DNA from: Acaryochloris marina MBIC11017
GTDB taxonomy: Bacteria > Cyanobacteriota > Cyanobacteriia > Thermosynechococcales > Thermosynechococcaceae
DNA length: 32,000 nucleotides
Assembly: GCF_000018105.1 (NCBI RefSeq)
Contig: NC_009932.1
Span: forward strand, 123,111-155,110
Direction of reading: 5' to 3'
Below the pieces are notes generated by a model. The model was given only the letters and a program-made list of their open reading frames with translations. It did not search any database and was not told where the DNA came from. This document shows, piece by piece, positions 1-8,454 of the stretch (position 1 is the stretch's first letter; the number at the start of each line of letters is the position of its first letter). The position numbers and the translations under genes were made by a program.

Positions 1-14
1 ACATCTCAAGCTGA

Positions 15-245
15 TCACTTTTCAACGTTGGTTAGCCTTGACCGGAGGGCATTAGATCTGAAATGGTGTAACTTCATAGGAGAGGTTTGATAACGCCTAG
101 ATTTTAGATGTTTTTGGGTGGATTGATGATAGCGAGTGGTTAACTCAAGAGGGAACCGTTCGCGGCAACGATCACAATACCAATACAACTGGTTTTTATG
201 AATGTGCAACAAAAGATCGCCTGAGCAAAGAATGCAGTCAGACAT
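15..245 (-). CDS. small Cys-rich zinc-ribbon-like protein, function unknown
   Basis: 76-aa ORF. The N-terminus MSDCILCSGDLLLHIHKNQLYWYCDRCRERFP carries two CxxC pairs. It is a clear paralog of the ORF at 9461..9670 (MFDCPICSHELLPHISHGQICWFCHYCWQDFP). The sequence just upstream of the two start codons is also similar. Confidence 0.5.
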   Translation of the reverse strand: MSDCILCSGDLLLHIHKNQLYWYCDRCRERFPLELTTRYHQSTQKHLKSRRYQTSPMKLHHFRSNALRSRLTNVEK

Positions 246-501
246 TGTGAAGACCTGAGTGGGGAAATGTGAGTCAGAGTCTAACCTAACAAACCCTAAT
301 TTTGTCTCCTTAAAAAATAAATCCTAGGTGAGTGTAGTTTACAAGGCGAAATCTCCAGCAAGTTCTCTCAGGTCTGCCGTTTGTTGAGATTGCTGTGGGA
401 GAATTCATGGTTTTAATTGCTATCAAACGTATTCCCCAAAACAAAAAAATTGATAAAAATCACCATAATAAAAGGAATGAATCACTCTTTTATAAACTCC
501 C

Positions 502-1095
502 ATGAAATCTACCTCCGAACGCTATAACAGCCTTGCCAGTTCCTATATAAAACTCTCTGACGAATTTCATCAGCTCGACGTGGCCCACATGGACCTTAAG
601 CAAAAACTGCTACCCGCCATTAAAGCTATCAAAAACTATCAATCCTTAACCCATCAGCTTCAGCAAGACAACACCAAACTCGAACAAACCATTCAAACCC
701 TCACAGATCAACAGCAACGCCTAGAGGAAGACCAGCGCACCCTAAAAGCAAAGGAGGTAGAACAGTCGATAATAATCAATGCGCTAACCGATGAGAAAAC
801 TAACCTCCAAGCTGCCCTAGAAGAGTTTCAAGCCAAGTATGATGCCTTGGCCGATTTTGAATCCTTGCTACAGTCTGGACCTCAAGCTGTTCTGGCAGAG
901 GCTGAACAGCAGATGCTACTGGTAGAAGAAACCTTACAAGAGATAGCCCTCAACAGCGATCCTGACCTGAGTGAAAATGAGCAGCAGCTCATAGAGGCTT
1001 ATCAGGATGAGGATGAAAGCTTATTCATCTCAACGGAAATCTCAAAGGATAGCAGCAGTCTAAAAATTCCAAACATCTTATCCTTCGTTGCTTAG
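502..1095 (+). CDS. hypothetical coiled-coil protein (Q/E/L-rich)
   Basis: 197-aa ORF with heptad-like Q/E/L/K-rich composition. It is followed by a strong hairpin terminator at 1133..1167. Confidence 0.6.
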   Translation: MKSTSERYNSLASSYIKLSDEFHQLDVAHMDLKQKLLPAIKAIKNYQSLTHQLQQDNTKLEQTIQTLTDQQQRLEEDQRTLKAKEVEQSIIINALTDEKTNLQAALEEFQAKYDALADFESLLQSGPQAVLAEAEQQMLLVEETLQEIALNSDPDLSENEQQLIEAYQDEDESLFISTEISKDSSSLKIPNILSFVA

Positions 1096-1132
1096 ACAAC
1101 TATTAAACTGGGGCTTTCATGAGAATCTGACA

Positions 1133-1167
1133 ACTCCCCTGAAGTTGAATCTTCCAGGGGAGTTTTT
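1133..1167. terminator. rho-independent-type hairpin between convergent genes
   Basis: Perfect 9-bp stem, actcccctg (1133-1141) pairing with caggggagt (1155-1163), and a 13-nt loop. A T-run follows at 1163-1167. It sits between the 3' ends of 502..1095 (+) and 1187..1414 (-). Confidence 0.6.
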
Positions 1168-1186
1168 ATGTCTTAGGTTTAATAAC

Positions 1187-1414
1187 TCAAGCAACTTTGC
1201 TCAAATGAATATGCTTTCGCCCTAAGGAGATTTCGAACTCATCTCCTGGTTGCAGGTTCATTTTCTTGGTGTAGGCACTTCCCAACAATAGTTTGCCGTC
1301 AGTTTGTACGCTAATGCGATAGCTAGGATTGTGGCCTCTTAGTTGCTCGTTACTCTCACCTTTCGCATCCAGGTCCATCCCTTTTGCTGCCAATACTGCA
1401 TTTAGAAAGGCCAT
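1187..1414 (-). CDS. AbrB/SpoVT-domain protein, cyAbrB-like paralog, possibly 5'-truncated
   Basis: The C-terminal ...SYRISVQTDGKLLLGSAYTKKMNLQPGDEFEISLGRKHIHLSKV aligns with the 25661..26038 product (...SYRIKVHQNGQMVIGSAYTEKMGLQTGDEFEIKVGRKHIHLTQL). The frame stays open upstream to 1552 and still encodes homologous sequence, but it has no ATG/GTG/TTG there. Confidence 0.7.
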   Translation of the reverse strand: MAFLNAVLAAKGMDLDAKGESNEQLRGHNPSYRISVQTDGKLLLGSAYTKKMNLQPGDEFEISLGRKHIHLSKVA

Positions 1415-1747
1415 GACATTAATGCGCTCAATTCCATTAAGAGTAACTTTGTAATACTCACAGGCTTTTGCTTTCTCTTCACAGGTGGCCTGCTTAAGTT
1501 GTTTGACTGTAGCAATAAGTGCATCCCAAATTAACGGTTTAGGGTTGATTGCTTATTTCTGAACATTGAATTGAATGTGGGTTGGTATATATCAAGATAT
1601 ATAAAATAACAAAGACAATCTCTTATCACTTTTATTTGAGATGTCAACGGAAATCACAAAAATTGAAATCTCGTAATTCTGCACTTTATTAAAATAAAAT
1701 TAAAGTAGTTATTTAGAAGTGAATTATGTTTTATAGGGGATCGAAGC

Positions 1748-2011
1748 ATGCTGTACGAAAAAACCATTTCCTTTGAAGATTATAAACAAGATAAACCCAA
1801 TATTTTGGGGAGACAACTAGGAATTAGCTTAAAATTCCACCACAGTAATATATTACAAAAACTCTCTCAAGAGGCTGCATTGCAAGCTATGGTAGAAGCC
1901 TGGCAGTCTTGCCATTCTAAGCAGACCTATGAGTGTTCTAGTAAAGATTTCACTATTACTGTGCCCAGTCAAGAAATGGCTAATATATTGGAATGCAGGA
2001 ATTTACTGTGA
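1748..2011 (+). CDS. hypothetical protein
   Basis: 87-aa ORF downstream of an AT-rich divergent intergenic region. No recognisable motif. Confidence 0.35.
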   Translation: MLYEKTISFEDYKQDKPNILGRQLGISLKFHHSNILQKLSQEAALQAMVEAWQSCHSKQTYECSSKDFTITVPSQEMANILECRNLL

Positions 2012-2155
2012 AGTTGAGTCAATTTTTCGGTGATAGGCTACTCTTTATATTTTGCACCACAGGTATCTAAATTGACACCCTTTGATATGTCTAGCCTAAA
2101 CAAAAAAGCAGCCAGATAATACAATATGAATGCTGAAATTAGATACAAGTTCACC

Positions 2156-2569
2156 TCATAGATTGCTAGGTTGCACCGCTTGCAGGCGAATCTCCCGGAT
2201 CCAAACCTTAGTAAATTGTCCTAATTCTTTCCCTGGCGTCATCAGTTGTTCAATTCCCTCTCCAAGTTGAGCGATAAATCTCTTCCGCCATCGGTCCCAA
2301 TCCGCCTGGGTGGGGTAATCCAGATCCTCACAAAATTCTGCCCAGCTTGATTGCTGAAATGCTGAAGCCAGCATAGACGTTTCTACCTCTCTAACCTGAA
2401 TTAGATGGAGATCAATCAGCTCTTGAATAAATGGAGGATGACCGTTCCTAAGCTCACTGCTATCAACCACTGGAAACTCATAGGAAAGCTGCAGTTCCTC
2501 TACAGAATGTTTTTTGGCTATTCTTAGGAGTTCTAACTGTTGTTGAGTCAGGTTTGGGATATGAACCAT
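2156..2569 (-). CDS. hypothetical protein
   Basis: 137-aa ORF, co-directional with the DUF29/XRE genes upstream of it. No recognisable motif. Confidence 0.5.
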   Translation of the reverse strand: MVHIPNLTQQQLELLRIAKKHSVEELQLSYEFPVVDSSELRNGHPPFIQELIDLHLIQVREVETSMLASAFQQSSWAEFCEDLDYPTQADWDRWRKRFIAQLGEGIEQLMTPGKELGQFTKVWIREIRLQAVQPSNL

Positions 2570-2646
2570 AACGGATCTGCATCGATCAGTCTAAAGTGGT
2601 TGATTTGAGTTTCACTGAAGAAATGACTCTAGGCCATCCATACCAT

Positions 2647-3093
2647 CTAGTCATCACTGTTGATTAACTCCCATGCTTTAACTCTGATACTCTCAGGGCA
2701 TTGCATAGGAAAAGTGGAAATATCTAGCCTTGTTTCATTGGCAGCATCTCGACGTGCCCGCTTATAGCAGAGATCAAAGGACTCTTCAAGGTGGCGGCGC
2801 AGGGAGGGGCGATCTTCAAATTCATCTTTTATCTGGTTCGCAGCATCAACGATGGTGATATCCCAGCTATCAGTGTGCTTAGAGGGCTGATATTTTATCT
2901 TCAGTAAGTGCCAAAGCATTCGTTTGAGCTGGCTTTTTACCTTGTCTCGATGGCGGTTACCCACATCCTCAACTTCCTCAATCAAGTTTTCTAGGTCGAG
3001 TAAGTCAAACCGACCATCTCGTAACAATTGAGCCTGTCGATCAGCCCACTCCACGACATCACGGTCATACAGAGTGCGTGTGTTAGTGGTCAT
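2647..3093 (-). CDS. DUF29 family protein
   Basis: LYDRDVVEWADRQAQLLRDGRFDLLDLENLIEEVEDVG...LLKIKYQP...SW..TI matches the characteristic DUF29 pattern that is abundant in cyanobacteria. Its start overlaps the XRE gene stop by 4 nt. Confidence 0.85.
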   Translation of the reverse strand: MTTNTRTLYDRDVVEWADRQAQLLRDGRFDLLDLENLIEEVEDVGNRHRDKVKSQLKRMLWHLLKIKYQPSKHTDSWDITIVDAANQIKDEFEDRPSLRRHLEESFDLCYKRARRDAANETRLDISTFPMQCPESIRVKAWELINSDD

Positions 3094-3347
3094 GGTTTGT
3101 CCTCTTTCTCACGAATCAAGAGATCTCCAGGGCTGCAATCTAAAAATTCGCATATTTTATCTAAGGTTTCATGAGTCAAACGGGGCATAACCTCTGACTT
3201 TCTGAGTCGATAGACAGAATTTTCATGAATCCCCATGAATTGCGCTAGATCACGACTTGTTTTTCTTTGAATAGATAAAAGCTCATGAAGCTTCCACTTA
3301 ATCACTGCTTGGTGCATAGTTTTCATCATTAAGATCCTAGCACTCAC
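3090..3347 (-). CDS. XRE/Cro-type helix-turn-helix transcriptional regulator
   Basis: RKTSRDLAQFMGIHENSVYRLRK is a typical HTH_XRE core. The track start is a GTG at 3347. ATG starts at 3329, 3326 and 3317 are equally plausible. The gene is divergent from the plus-strand operon that starts at 3487. Confidence 0.8.
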   Translation of the reverse strand: MSARILMMKTMHQAVIKWKLHELLSIQRKTSRDLAQFMGIHENSVYRLRKSEVMPRLTHETLDKICEFLDCSPGDLLIREKEDKP

Positions 3348-3378
3348 ATTTTAGCACCAATAATTCTACGTTAAAGTG

Positions 3379-3407
3379 TTGATTATCATAGTCTAGATGT
3401 GTATAAT
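3379..3407 (+). promoter_or_regulatory. candidate sigma70-type promoter for the plus-strand operon
   Basis: TTGATT (3379-3384), a 17-nt spacer, then TATAAT (3402-3407). It lies about 80 nt upstream of the 3487 start, in the divergent XRE/operon intergenic region. Confidence 0.3.
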
Positions 3408-3486
3408 AGGTACATAAGCAAAGGGCACCACCTCCGACCAAAGAAACGATGCCCTCGCTGAAAAAACCCTAGATAGGTTTAATCTT

Positions 3487-3861
3487 ATGTATTCTACAGT
3501 TCTTAAGCCTTTAACCACTCAGCAACAAACCCAGCCAGATATGTGGCTGGTTCAGACTGAAGCCGATGGAATAGCCTTCATTAACGAACACACTGAAGAT
3601 CCTCTTTGCCCTCCCTATACTCTGGCTTGCGTCCTACTCAAGGACTGCGGCCCCTTCGATTCGGATATCGATATTGATTTCGATGAGCATTGGGTGTTGA
3701 TGGTGACCCGCAAGCCGACCCCTGAGGAGCGCACGACTCAAACCCGGATCGAAAACTGGGTTCTTTATCACCATGAGCTTAAGGGTGCTCTCAGTGACTG
3801 GTACACCGTTCAGGCCGATCAGACGGTTCGAGCTGAGAACGATTACGACGACGAATTCTAA
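3487..3861 (+). CDS. hypothetical acidic protein
   Basis: 124-aa ORF and first gene of the plus-strand operon. A 7-bp-stem hairpin (aggggca/tgcccct, 3870-3887) follows it. Confidence 0.55.
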   Translation: MYSTVLKPLTTQQQTQPDMWLVQTEADGIAFINEHTEDPLCPPYTLACVLLKDCGPFDSDIDIDFDEHWVLMVTRKPTPEERTTQTRIENWVLYHHELKGALSDWYTVQADQTVRAENDYDDEF

Positions 3862-3931
3862 GAATTTCTAGGGGCACCTTTGCCCCTCCCACTTCACTTA
3901 CACCCACTCGCTACATAGGGGACTAAATATC

Positions 3932-4309
3932 ATGATCACCGCTGAAGACCTTCAGATCGAACTCGCGCATTGTCATTGCAGTGAATCTCACTATCAGCAT
4001 TGGCTGGGTATCCGTTACACAGAAGGCGTCAAAACACTCGCAGAGAAAGGGGAATGTTTCTGGCTCCTCGACGTGATCGCAAGTTATCAACGGGTGCGAC
4101 TCATCAAGTGCAATCCCAACCTCCAAGAATTCCAGCTTTGGTTGCTGACCGTAAACGACGACCATAGCGCTGTCTTAGCCTGCTACGAAGACAGCGCTAG
4201 TACTTGCAGCCCTGTCATTACCCAAGATATTCCCTTCACTGATTTCGTCCTGCCAGAAATCAAGCTGTATGTGGAATACGGCGTTGTGCTGCTGCCGTCT
4301 GAGCATTAA
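3932..4309 (+). CDS. hypothetical protein, DUF6876-like
   Basis: The N-terminal pattern ...SESHYQHWLGIRYTEGVKTLAEKGECFWLLDVIASYQ resembles the DUF6876 signature seen on plasmids and phages. This is recognition from memory only. Confidence 0.5.
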   Translation: MITAEDLQIELAHCHCSESHYQHWLGIRYTEGVKTLAEKGECFWLLDVIASYQRVRLIKCNPNLQEFQLWLLTVNDDHSAVLACYEDSASTCSPVITQDIPFTDFVLPEIKLYVEYGVVLLPSEH

Positions 4310-4374
4310 TCTCCCTGGCCTGGGTGGTGCCTAACCACCCGCCGCTACATTCCAACCTCAGCGAGATTTCAACA

Positions 4375-5358
4375 ATGAACCCTCAAGACTATGATCGGAC
4401 GATCATCATGTTCTCTGGTGGCAAAGATTCTTTGGCCTGCATCCTCTGGGCCATCGAGAACAACTGCCCCAAAATTGAGCTTTGGCATCACCTTGTAGAC
4501 GGGTTGCCCGTGCAAGGCCAGACCGCTTCCACCCTGATGGATTGGCCGATCACATCAACCTACTGCAAGGCTGTGGCCCAATTGCTTTCCATCCCCATCT
4601 ATTTTTCTTGGCTGGACGGTGGCTTTGAGCGTGAGATGAACCGCTCCAATCAAGCCAAAGCAAAAACTTGGTTTGAAGCGCCTGATGGACTGCGCTCTGC
4701 TGGTGGCAATGGTGGTAAGCAATCTACGCGCCAGAAATTTCCCCAAATCTCCGCTGATTTAAGCATCCGGTGGTGTTCGGCGTATCTCAAGGTGGATGTT
4801 TCTGCGATCGCAATTCGGAATCAACCCCGATTTAACGACTCCAAAACATTAGTGATTACTGGGGAACGGGCCGAGGAGTCTCCTTCACGGGCCAAGTATG
4901 CAGAGTTTGAGCCAGATCGGACTGACAACCGTAACGGCAAATCCAAGCGCCATGTGGATCGATTTCGCCCGATTCATGGCTGGAAGGAGTCGGAGGTCTG
5001 GGCCATCATTCAACGACATGGCATCATCCCCCATCCTGCCTATCATCTCGGCTGGGGTCGTTTGTCCTGCATGTCCTGTATCTTTGGCAGTGCTAACCAG
5101 TGGGCCACTATCCGTAAGATTGCGCCAGCTCATTTTGAGCGGATCGCTAACTATGAACAGCAATTCGATACCACAATTCAGCGTCAACGGTCAGTCCGTG
5201 AGATGGCCAACCTAGGAACACCCTACGCCGAAGCCAATAATAGTCAACTCGTGGAAATAGCTCTTTCCAGTGAGTGGGGGGATTATCCTATCTGGACCCA
5301 TCTCCAAGCCTGGGCCTTGCCTGCCGGGGCTTATGGCGAGAGCAATGGACCGACTTAG
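4375..5358 (+). CDS. phosphoadenosine phosphosulfate (PAPS) reductase family / PP-loop ATP-pyrophosphatase protein
   Basis: PP-loop motif IIMFSGGKDSLA, plus a C-terminal Cys cluster WGRLSCMSCIFGS. I prefer the ATG at 4375 (MNPQDYDRT...) to the track GTG at 4324. Confidence 0.85.
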   Translation: MNPQDYDRTIIMFSGGKDSLACILWAIENNCPKIELWHHLVDGLPVQGQTASTLMDWPITSTYCKAVAQLLSIPIYFSWLDGGFEREMNRSNQAKAKTWFEAPDGLRSAGGNGGKQSTRQKFPQISADLSIRWCSAYLKVDVSAIAIRNQPRFNDSKTLVITGERAEESPSRAKYAEFEPDRTDNRNGKSKRHVDRFRPIHGWKESEVWAIIQRHGIIPHPAYHLGWGRLSCMSCIFGSANQWATIRKIAPAHFERIANYEQQFDTTIQRQRSVREMANLGTPYAEANNSQLVEIALSSEWGDYPIWTHLQAWALPAGAYGESNGPT

Positions 5359-5465
5359 GGGGCAGTTATGAATGCTTACACAATTCTCTATTGCCTAATC
5401 TGGCAATCCATCTATTTTTCACTCTTTCTCTATTTCTTCATCCCCTTCGCTTCAGAGGATAAACA

Positions 5466-5738
5466 ATGAAACCCACAACAAGATACAAACTCATTCCACA
5501 AGTTCAGTTCACCACAACGATTGAACTCCATGACCAGCAGACGGCAATCCTTAACCGCCTGGTGCTGGGTAGCAAAGATTTGACCGACGACGAGGCTTTG
5601 GATCTTTGGTTGTCACTTAACCCCTATGTCCACACCTTCCAACATTCCACTCCCAGAGATATCTTTTCTTCGTTGAGATATGCAGCCCTAGCTGCTCTAC
5701 CAGATAATCCCAAGCCAGCTTACCCCTGGAGCTGCTAA
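5466..5738 (+). CDS. hypothetical protein
   Basis: 90-aa ORF in the same-strand operon. No motif recognised. Confidence 0.5.
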   Translation: MKPTTRYKLIPQVQFTTTIELHDQQTAILNRLVLGSKDLTDDEALDLWLSLNPYVHTFQHSTPRDIFSSLRYAALAALPDNPKPAYPWSC

Positions 5739-5852
5739 ATTCCGTGCACTCAGATATTGAAGCCGATGGTCAGGACTTCATTTGCTGCTGAGGATCATTC
5801 TGCCTACGTTTCTTATAACCACTCAAACCTCATTCGCTTTTTGGAGAAAATC

Positions 5853-5981
5853 ATGACTGCCACTCTAGACAACAACGCCACTCGCAACGCTCTAACCAAA
5901 GCGATCAAAGAGCATATCGATCCTGCTAAGCCTGAGAAGGTCAACATCAAAAAAATACATCGTCAAACAGTACAAACCTGA
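5853..5981 (+). CDS. short ORF, possibly the 5' part of a frameshifted gene continuing in 6082..6492
   Basis: ATG at 5853 is preceded by GGAGAAAATC. The track gives TTG at 5757. The ORF ends at 5979-5981. The +1 frame is open from 5896 through 6492. Confidence 0.4.
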   Translation: MTATLDNNATRNALTKAIKEHIDPAKPEKVNIKKIHRQTVQT

Positions 5982-6081
5982 TGACCCCACAGGACAAGAC
6001 AAGCTGGCTAAGTTTGCCTGGGAATTACACCATGGCAATCGTAATCTGCGGAACCGGGATCATGTCCTCGAACTCTTCGGA

Positions 6082-6492
6082 TTGCTAACCCTGGAAGCGA
6101 CGGGACTAGAACAGCGCAAAACCAATAAGGCCAAATGCTCTCCCCTAAAAGAGGCTGTATTCAAAGTGCTTAAGCAGGTAGCAGGCCAGGACATTTTGAT
6201 GGTGGTTGCGCTAAATGAGCTGATGGATCAACTCACGGTCACTCGCATCAATAGCTGGGAGACCTTTTTTAAGCAGCTTGCCATTAAGCGAACTGAACTC
6301 GAATCTCTGGCTGATACCGTGTATGAACTCTCGGGGGTTTCTCCTGGGGCGGTTGAAGATCTCGACGCTGTGATTGTGCCCCTCTACAACGAAGCAAAAG
6401 GCCAAGACATCAAAGCCATTAACTGGGAACGTCGCTCTTGGTGGGACTGGGCACACAACCATTTGCTTGAGCAGGTTAGCAAAGCGGCCTAA
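6082..6492 (+). CDS. hypothetical protein, 3' part of the possible frameshifted gene
   Basis: 136-aa ORF from a TTG. The same frame is stop-free back to 5896 with no ATG/GTG/TTG before 6082. Confidence 0.5.
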   Translation: MLTLEATGLEQRKTNKAKCSPLKEAVFKVLKQVAGQDILMVVALNELMDQLTVTRINSWETFFKQLAIKRTELESLADTVYELSGVSPGAVEDLDAVIVPLYNEAKGQDIKAINWERRSWWDWAHNHLLEQVSKAA

Positions 6493-6590
6493 CCCTCTCC
6501 CCCTGTCTGTACCTGGGTCAGCCCTGTGGCGATATCCCCCCAACCATCGGGGCTGGCCTTTCCTTATTCCTATTCCCTTGGAGAAATCCC

Positions 6591-6971
6591 ATGCAAGCCC
6601 ATCACCTTAATTTGGCAGAATTTCTGCTCAACCCGCCTACGGTTAACCTGGCCTATTCTCCGGTGGCTGTTATGACGGTAGCGACGGCTAAGAATTTAAT
6701 GCAATCCCAGGAATTATTACTCAGTGGTGCCCAGAAACTGTTTAATCCAGCGGTCTGGCCCCAGCTAGAACCAGAGATTGAGCGGATTCCCTTCGACCGA
6801 CAGAAGGCCCAATGCTTCCGTGATTGTGTTGCCTATCTAATGGCCGAGGCGACGACGCTGAGGTCGGAACGGCGACATGTCGATGCCCTCAAGCATATGG
6901 AGGCGGCGTTGATGCTGGAGGCACTGGTCCATGGCGGTTATGACGAGGGGCCATTCGTTTCAGAACAGTAA
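6591..6971 (+). CDS. hypothetical protein
   Basis: 126-aa ORF whose ATG is preceded by GGAGAAATCCC. A 10-bp inverted repeat follows it (aaaggcatcg 6971-6980 / cgatgccttt 7002-7011). Confidence 0.55.
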   Translation: MQAHHLNLAEFLLNPPTVNLAYSPVAVMTVATAKNLMQSQELLLSGAQKLFNPAVWPQLEPEIERIPFDRQKAQCFRDCVAYLMAEATTLRSERRHVDALKHMEAALMLEALVHGGYDEGPFVSEQ

Positions 6972-7044
6972 AAGGCATCGCCAAGTTCGGGACAAGTCAA
7001 ACGATGCCTTTCATTGAACGAACCATTCAACGAGGTTATTCAAC

Positions 7045-7377
7045 ATGAATCATACAACTCTTCCCCAACGAGTTATCGACAGTATTGATCTGCCTTCCTA
7101 CGAACTCCATACCAGACCGACTGGTGAGAACGACCGCAAGCTCAATGTCTTTTTCGGCAGTCGGTTGATCGGGTATGTCTACATCAACTTTATCCAGGGC
7201 CAATCCAATTACGTCGGCACCACGCTCAGATATCAGTCCTTCGGCCCTTACTCCCGGAGGACGGAAGCGGCTGAGGCTGTCTTAGAAGCATTCAATGCAG
7301 GACTCACGGATGAGCAACGGCTGAGGGTCGCTCTTGCTCATGAGATGGCCGAGAACATGACCGTCATTGCTTGCTAA
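7045..7377 (+). CDS. hypothetical protein
   Basis: 110-aa ORF with a GAGG upstream of the ATG. No motif recognised. Confidence 0.55.
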   Translation: MNHTTLPQRVIDSIDLPSYELHTRPTGENDRKLNVFFGSRLIGYVYINFIQGQSNYVGTTLRYQSFGPYSRRTEAAEAVLEAFNAGLTDEQRLRVALAHEMAENMTVIAC

Positions 7378-7409
7378 TCCCCAACAGCTAGAGATTTGGA
7401 GTATTCATC

Positions 7410-7820
7410 ATGCCCACTATCCACATTGCCAATCTGAGAAAGTCCCGGCAGCTTCAACCCGGTGTTCGATGTGATCGGGGGACTCCTTTAGGCAATCCTT
7501 TCCATATGTTCGCTGAATCAGAGCGAGATCGCTGCATTGCGGCTTTCCGGGTCTTCTTGTATGAGGTTGCCATTCTGGGAAATGAACCTAGCCAAGACTT
7601 GATTCGCAGAATTGCTGAGCAGCACAAGGTTATGCCCAGCGGTAGTTATAAACCATTCGGTCGAGGTGCAATGATGGCAGCGCTGGAGGCGCTGGGCCAG
7701 AAGTCTGAAGTAACGTTGCTGTGCTGGTGTCATCCCAAACCCTGTCACTGTGATGTGATCAAGGCTTTCCTTGAATGGAAGTGCCCAGCCCCCCAGCAGC
7801 AAACATTGGAGGTTTTGTGA
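7410..7820 (+). CDS. DUF4326 domain-containing protein
   Basis: RGTPLGNPF ... LLCWCHPKPCHCDVI matches the DUF4326 signature. The stop overlaps the next start (TGATG). Confidence 0.85.
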   Translation: MPTIHIANLRKSRQLQPGVRCDRGTPLGNPFHMFAESERDRCIAAFRVFLYEVAILGNEPSQDLIRRIAEQHKVMPSGSYKPFGRGAMMAALEALGQKSEVTLLCWCHPKPCHCDVIKAFLEWKCPAPQQQTLEVL

Positions 7821-8197
7821 TGCCGATGATCCGGGCAAGATACCCCGATAACTGGGACGAGATTGCAACACGGGTTAAGGATGCTGCTAACTGGCGTTGC
7901 ACTCAGTGCGGTAAACCCTGTCGAAAGCCGGGGGTCGAGTGGCCGCATTTCGCTTTCTGGCTGATGATTACGCACCCTGAATGGTTCCCAAACACTTCAG
8001 AGGGGGAGGAATAGAAGCCTCAGCGATTCACTCTCACAGTGGCCCACCTGGATCAGGATCCGCAGAATAATCACCCAGATAATCTCAAAGCGCTCTGTGC
8101 GCCCTGCCACTTGAAATTTGATGCGCCATTCCGAAAAGCCAATGCGTACACAAAGCAGGAATGGTTTGGACAGATGAAGTTGGAGGATTTGTCATGA
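7820..8197 (+). pseudogene. HNH endonuclease interrupted by an in-frame TAG (8012-8014)
   Basis: The N-terminal part is MPMIRARYPDNWDEIATRVKDAANWRCTQCGKPC... The same frame continues after the TAG as KPQRFTLTVAHLDQDPQNNHPDNLKALCAPCHLKFD, which is the HNH core (H..N..N..CxxCH). A GGAGG lies at 7808-7812. Confidence 0.8.
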
Positions 8198-8454
8198 ATA
8201 AACAAATGTGGAACTTCATTCAAAGAGGCCGAGGTGTCTTGCAACTAAAGCCACTGGGATGCCTGAGTAATCACAGCCCGTCCTTTTGCTCTGGATGTGA
8301 ACCTGGGCAGTACTACGAGTGCCAAGCCTGTGGCTATCTTCAGCCCTGGTGTAAAGGAGCTGATGATGACTACCCTGAAATTTGTGATGACTGCTGGGCT
8401 ATCGCTGAACAACTGCACAAAACCATTAAAACCCCAATGGAATCCGAGAAATGA
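8194..8454 (+). CDS. Cys-rich hypothetical protein
   Basis: The ATG at 8194 overlaps the HNH frame stop (ATGA). The product MNKQMWNF...CSGCEPGQYYECQACGYLQPWC...ICDDCW has several CxxC pairs. The track start at 8161 is less likely. Confidence 0.5.
   Translation: MNKQMWNFIQRGRGVLQLKPLGCLSNHSPSFCSGCEPGQYYECQACGYLQPWCKGADDDYPEICDDCWAIAEQLHKTIKTPMESEK

Noticed and set aside
4555-5462. ORFs nested in or overlapping the PAPS-reductase gene (4555..4746, 4885..5187, 4898..5215, 5274..5462).
   Set aside because: They overlap a gene with strong motif support and have no motifs of their own.
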